NCBI GenBank assembly: GCA_963668675.2
Contig: CAXXMB010000002.1
Location: 2,304,001 to 2,368,000, forward strand
DNA length: 64,000 bases
Direction of reading: 5' to 3'
DNA from: an uncultured Desulfatitalea sp.
Lineage (GTDB): Bacteria > Desulfobacterota > Desulfobacteria > Desulfobacterales > Desulfosarcinaceae
The notes under the pieces were generated by a model. That model saw nothing but the letters and a program-made list of their open reading frames with translations. It was not told the origin of the DNA and made no database searches. Positions 60,171 to 64,000 of the stretch are shown in pieces (within the stretch, counting starts at the first letter, position 1; every line of letters begins with the position of its first letter). Both the position numbers and the translations under genes were made by a program.

Positions 60171-60382
60171 GGCTTGTTCCTCGGGCCGGTTGTAAAGGCG
60201 GGCTGCTGCCTTTTCCGGTGCATGGTCTGTTGATCTGTTGGGTTGCCGTTTGGTGGTTGCCATCTCGTCGCAAAACTTACCGTTTCAGGGAGAGATGGTC
60301 TGTTCGATAGATCTGTCGTGCATTAAATATCCGTCGGCCATATCGATTCAGTCCAAACGAAATCCGACGGGGAGCATACAGG

Positions 60383-60416
60383 CTTGGGGGAGGCACATGT
60401 GGTGCCGTCCCCCAAG
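60383..60416. other. Intercistronic stem-loop between TAXI receptor and permease
   Basis: CTTGGGGGA-GGCAC-ATGTG-GTGCC-G-TCCCCCAAG, without a U-tract. Confidence 0.55.
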
Positions 60417-60453
60417 TGTAGTGAAGCGTATCCGATAATGGCAAGTGCAAAGT

Positions 60454-61431
60454 TTATGGCATCAGATTTGCCGGAATCTCCTTGCCCTGCTCTTTCCAGA
60501 ATTTGACCGCCCCCGGATGCAGCGGTACCGATGCGCCGCGGAAGGCGTTTTCCAGGGTCATCGCCTTGAAGGTCTTCTTGGCCGTCACCATGGCCTCCAT
60601 GCCCTTTTCCGACCAGAGGGTCTTCATGACCGTGTAGACCAGATCCTCGGGCAGATCCTTGTTGGCGCTCAGGATGGTCGAATCCTGAAAGGTCTTGCAC
60701 TCGGGCATGTTCTTACCGTAGGTGCCGGCTGGAATGGTGGTCGGGCTGTAGGCATAGGCCTTGTAAAAGCCGCTCTTTTCAGCATCCACGCCCACATCGA
60801 TCAGGCGGATCTTCACCTGTACGCTCGCTTCGATGATTGAACGGTTGGGGTAGCCCACCAGAACCCAGAAGGCGTCGATCTTGCCGTCTTTGAAGGCGCT
60901 GGCAGCCGCGGAATAGCCCATGAAGGTCGGCTTGAAGTTGTCCCACACACCGATATGGCGGAAAAAGCGTTCGGCGCTGGCGGCCGCACCGGAGCCGGCG
61001 TTGCCCACGGCCACGCGCTTACCCTTCAGGTCCATGGCGCTTTTGACCTTGCTGTCCGCATTGACCACCAACTGGGCCGGGGCGCCGTACAGGTAACCCA
61101 TGGCGCGCAATCCGTTGTACTTATTGTTGTCTTTGGGCAGTTTGCCGGCAAAACCGAGGTCGCTGTCCACCGCATAGCAAAGCCCGAAGTCAGACTCACC
61201 GTTGGAGACGCGCTTGACATTCTCCACCGAGCCGCCCGAACCGACCGACGAAGCCTTGATGTTGGCATTGACCTTGGGTACGTAGATGGCCATGCCGTTG
61301 GAGAAGGTGTTGAAGGTGCCGCCCGTCGGACCGCCGCCGATTTTTACGCTGTAGTCCTGAGCCATCGCCGGTGTCATAAATAGAGCCAAAACGGCAGTGA
61401 ACACCAACAGGTGCATGGAAACCTTTTTCAT
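60454..61431 (-). CDS. TAXI-family TRAP substrate-binding protein
   Basis: Signal peptide, GGPTGGTF, GGSVEN, DLKGKRVAVGNAGSG, PLHPGA. Confidence 0.93.
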   Translation of the reverse strand: MKKVSMHLLVFTAVLALFMTPAMAQDYSVKIGGGPTGGTFNTFSNGMAIYVPKVNANIKASSVGSGGSVENVKRVSNGESDFGLCYAVDSDLGFAGKLPKDNNKYNGLRAMGYLYGAPAQLVVNADSKVKSAMDLKGKRVAVGNAGSGAAASAERFFRHIGVWDNFKPTFMGYSAAASAFKDGKIDAFWVLVGYPNRSIIEASVQVKIRLIDVGVDAEKSGFYKAYAYSPTTIPAGTYGKNMPECKTFQDSTILSANKDLPEDLVYTVMKTLWSEKGMEAMVTAKKTFKAMTLENAFRGASVPLHPGAVKFWKEQGKEIPANLMP

Positions 61432-61662
61432 GTCTGACCTCCTATTGTCGTTGATATTTCGGATGGGCCGCAGGTATCGCTGAGCATCGCCCCTCCTCTC
61501 TTTTTTATGATTACACTTTAGCCGGCGCAATCAGGAGGGGTCAATTGGACGATTTCTGATTTGTCTGTAGGTAAAGTTCTTACATATAATGATTTATTCG
61601 AACAGCTCGGTTTTCTCCCAATGCTTTTCATTGTCATTCCTTATAATTGCGCATATGCCTTG

Positions 61663-61762
61663 TTGACATTTAGTGTCGGTTTATCTAATTTGTATAAAGT
61701 TTAGGCGGGCTAAATGTTTTTCTAATTAAATTTTAATATAGGTAAATATTAGGTGGGTTAAT
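61663..61762 (+). promoter_or_regulatory. Sigma70 promoter and two candidate MarR operator boxes
   Basis: TTGACA (61663)-N17-TAATTT; boxes TTTAGGCGGGCTAAA (61700-61714) and ATTAGGTGGGTTAAT (61748-61762). Confidence 0.6.
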
Positions 61763-62249
61763 GAACAATCATCATGAACTTGAGCAGGCCCGGTTTATCT
61801 TCATCACTGGCCGCATGATCCATGAGCAGATATTAAAAGTACACAGCCGCCATCTGGCGAACAAGGCGACCAGCCTGGGTAGTGAGCTATCCGTGGCGCA
61901 GATGAATGCCATCACCATTGTCAGCAAGCATGGTCCACTCTCTATGGGGGTTCTGGCTGAGCAGTTGGGAATCACGGCGCCTTCGGCGTCGGCCATGGTG
62001 GATCGTCTGGTGGAGAAGGGGATTTTGCTGCGTGAGCACAGCAGCGAGGACCGCCGCAAAGTGGAGGTGCGCATTTCGCCAGAGGCGGTCAAGCAGATCG
62101 AGGCGGTCGAGGAGAGTCTGTTCAAGCTGTTTCAGGGGCTGGTGCAGAAATTGGGACCCGAGACCACCGAAAAATGGTGCGATGTGCTGGCTTCGATTCA
62201 AAAGGTTTTTTTGGAGGACGATGATTACGGCTTCGGCATGTCCGCTTAA
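61761..62249 (+). CDS. MarR-family regulator
   Basis: LSVAQ..LAEQLGITAPSASAMVDRLVEKG..R..S.EDRR. Confidence 0.93.
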   Translation: MNNHHELEQARFIFITGRMIHEQILKVHSRHLANKATSLGSELSVAQMNAITIVSKHGPLSMGVLAEQLGITAPSASAMVDRLVEKGILLREHSSEDRRKVEVRISPEAVKQIEAVEESLFKLFQGLVQKLGPETTEKWCDVLASIQKVFLEDDDYGFGMSA

Positions 62250-62300
62250 GTTGCCACCGGTTAAGGATTCGGTGATGCAAAGTGCAGGAGAGGTGATGTG

Positions 62301-63638
62301 ATGAGTGTCCAGCCTGATCCCAACGCCAAGCGTGTTCCTCAACGCTATACGTTTAGGGTGGTGCTGTCCGTTTTGATTGTGCTGCTGGGTCTTTCCGGCT
62401 TCTTTGCCTTGGCCAATCTCAAGACGCCGCCGACTGAGGTGGAGAGCGGCGAACGCCCCTTGAAGGTCAAGGTGTTGCCGGTCAAATCGGCGTCGATTCC
62501 GGTCACCATCACCGGCTACGGCGAAGTAAGGACGGTCAAGGCGGTGAACCTTTCGGCCGAAGTGGCCGGACGGGTGGTGGCCGTTCATCCCCGGTTGCGG
62601 GTGGGGGAGTTGATTGCTGCCGATGAGCTGTTGTTTCAGATCGATGAGCGCAACTATGCCGCTGCCACTGCCCAGAGTCGAGCTGAGGTGGCCCAGATGG
62701 CCAGTGTGGTGGCGCGATTGGAGAAGCAGTCCCGCACCGACACCCAGCGGCTCAAGACCCTTGAGCGAAGCAGGGATCTGGCCCGGGCCGAGTTTGGGCG
62801 TGTCCGCGATCTGCTGACCGAGCACAAGGTGGGCACCCGTTCGAGTGTGGATCGGGCCGAGCAGGCATACAATGCGGCTGTGGATCAGGCCGATCAGATG
62901 GCCCAGGCCGTCTCCCTCTATCCCATCCGCATCAAAGAGGCCAAAAGCAGCCTGGCAGCGGCCAGGGCGCGTCAGCAGCAGGCCAGGGCCAACCTGGAAC
63001 GCTGTGAAATTCGAGCGCCTTTTGGCGGCCGGCTGACCATGGCCAATGTTGAGCAGGGTCAGTACGTCTCTCCCGGGCAACCGCTGGTGACCATGGCTGA
63101 CGACCGCCTTTTGGAGATTCAGGTGCCCCTCGACAGCCGGGATGTGCGCCAATGGTTGCGTTTTACTGCTGAACCAACCCCGAAAAGCCAGGCATGGTTC
63201 GGGCAGCCGGAGCCGGTGGCCTGTCCGATCCGCTGGACCGATGATAAGCAGGGACAAGCGTGGACCGGGCGGTTGCACCGCATCGTGGCGTATGACCAAA
63301 AGACACGTACGATCACGGTAGCGGTGAGGGTATCGGCGGCCAACGCCGTTTCGGACAGCGGCGGGCTGCCCCTGGTCGAGGGGATGTTCTGTGCCGTGGA
63401 GATTCCCGGACGAACTCTGCCGAACGCCTTCGCCGTGCCGCGAGCGGCGGTGAGTTTTAAAAATACGGTGTTCATGGCGATGGAGCGGCGGCTCAAGACG
63501 GTGGCTGTGACGGTGGCCCGGGTGGATGGCGACCACGCCTATATCACAGGCGGCTTGAAGGAGGGGGACACGGTAATTGTCACCCGTCTGGTCGATCCAC
63601 TGGAGAACAGCCTGCTGGAGGTGATGCCCGGCAGCTGA
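62301..63638 (+). CDS. RND efflux periplasmic adaptor (MFP)
   Basis: N-terminal TM, LSAEVAGRV, IRAPFGG, VPRAAV, GGLKEGDTVIV. Confidence 0.92.
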   Translation: MSVQPDPNAKRVPQRYTFRVVLSVLIVLLGLSGFFALANLKTPPTEVESGERPLKVKVLPVKSASIPVTITGYGEVRTVKAVNLSAEVAGRVVAVHPRLRVGELIAADELLFQIDERNYAAATAQSRAEVAQMASVVARLEKQSRTDTQRLKTLERSRDLARAEFGRVRDLLTEHKVGTRSSVDRAEQAYNAAVDQADQMAQAVSLYPIRIKEAKSSLAAARARQQQARANLERCEIRAPFGGRLTMANVEQGQYVSPGQPLVTMADDRLLEIQVPLDSRDVRQWLRFTAEPTPKSQAWFGQPEPVACPIRWTDDKQGQAWTGRLHRIVAYDQKTRTITVAVRVSAANAVSDSGGLPLVEGMFCAVEIPGRTLPNAFAVPRAAVSFKNTVFMAMERRLKTVAVTVARVDGDHAYITGGLKEGDTVIVTRLVDPLENSLLEVMPGS

Positions 63639-63675
63639 TCGCACCTGCATGGGGATAAATTGAGAGAGGCTATCG

Positions 63676-64000
63676 ATGAAACGTCTCCTGGCGGCTTTTG
63701 CCCGCAATACGGTTTTCGCCAACATCATGCTGGCGCTGATGTTCATGGCCGGTGGCCTGACCACTTGCTCGATGACGCGGGAAAATTTTCCCGAGTTTTC
63801 CCTGGACATGATCCTCATCAACGTACCCTTTCCCGGGGCCGATCCCGAAGAGGTCGAGGAGGGGGTCAGCCGCAAGATCGAAGAGGCGCTAGAGGGGCAA
63901 GAGGGGATCAAGCTGATCGTCACCCACTCGGCCGAAAATATCAGCACCACACGTATCGAAGTTCATGAGAATTACGACATCGATGAGGTTCTGGACGAAG
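63676..64000 (+). CDS. RND efflux permease (AcrB-like), 3'-truncated by the window edge
   Basis: MKRLLAAFARNTVFANIML..RENFPEF..FPGADPEEVEEGVSRKIEEAL; open to the window end; absent from the ORF track. Confidence 0.9.
   Translation, partial: MKRLLAAFARNTVFANIMLALMFMAGGLTTCSMTRENFPEFSLDMILINVPFPGADPEEVEEGVSRKIEEALEGQEGIKLIVTHSAENISTTRIEVHENYDIDEVLDE

Overview
A gene-dense, GC-rich bacterial chromosome segment, most likely from a sulfate-reducing Desulfobacterota. This is inferred from the tetraheme cytochrome c3, a non-decarboxylating glutaryl-CoA dehydrogenase-like gene and a DASS transporter locus. No rRNA, tRNA, CRISPR array, prophage or transposase is visible. In order, the window holds: (1) a DASS/SLC13 permease, microprotein, Yip1 and REC-CBS operon; (2) three orphan aryl-polyene/flexirubin-type accessory genes; (3) pqiA-pqiA-pqiB-pqiC; (4) an Fe-S protein, ExeA-like ATPase-TPR plus LysM lipoprotein, and a hybrid kinase plus REC-HDOD; (5) moaE-moaC-mltA-tatBC-cytochrome c3; (6) a branched-chain acyl-CoA cluster (icmF, two TetR, acyl-CoA dehydrogenase, enoyl-CoA hydratase, atypical HMG-CoA-lyase-like enzyme, XRE-cupin); (7) a divergent GalT-fold protein, a pseudogene, ettA, a DsbA/FrnE selenoprotein, acd, thiolase and ilvE; (8) a ~14 kb glycogen cluster; (9) SLT, OsmC, PAS-HisKA, deacetylase, TAXI-TRAP and MarR-RND efflux. 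The most notable items are the glycogen cluster with a eukaryote-type enzyme set (galU rather than glgC, a fused GH13-GH133 debrancher, a GH13_8 branching enzyme, a stand-alone CBM48), the UGA-recoded UxxC selenoprotein truncated by the ORF track, a candidate structured RNA at ~9.68-9.81 kb, two unannotated microproteins and several palindromic repeats. All family assignments come from motif recognition by eye; no database search was run.
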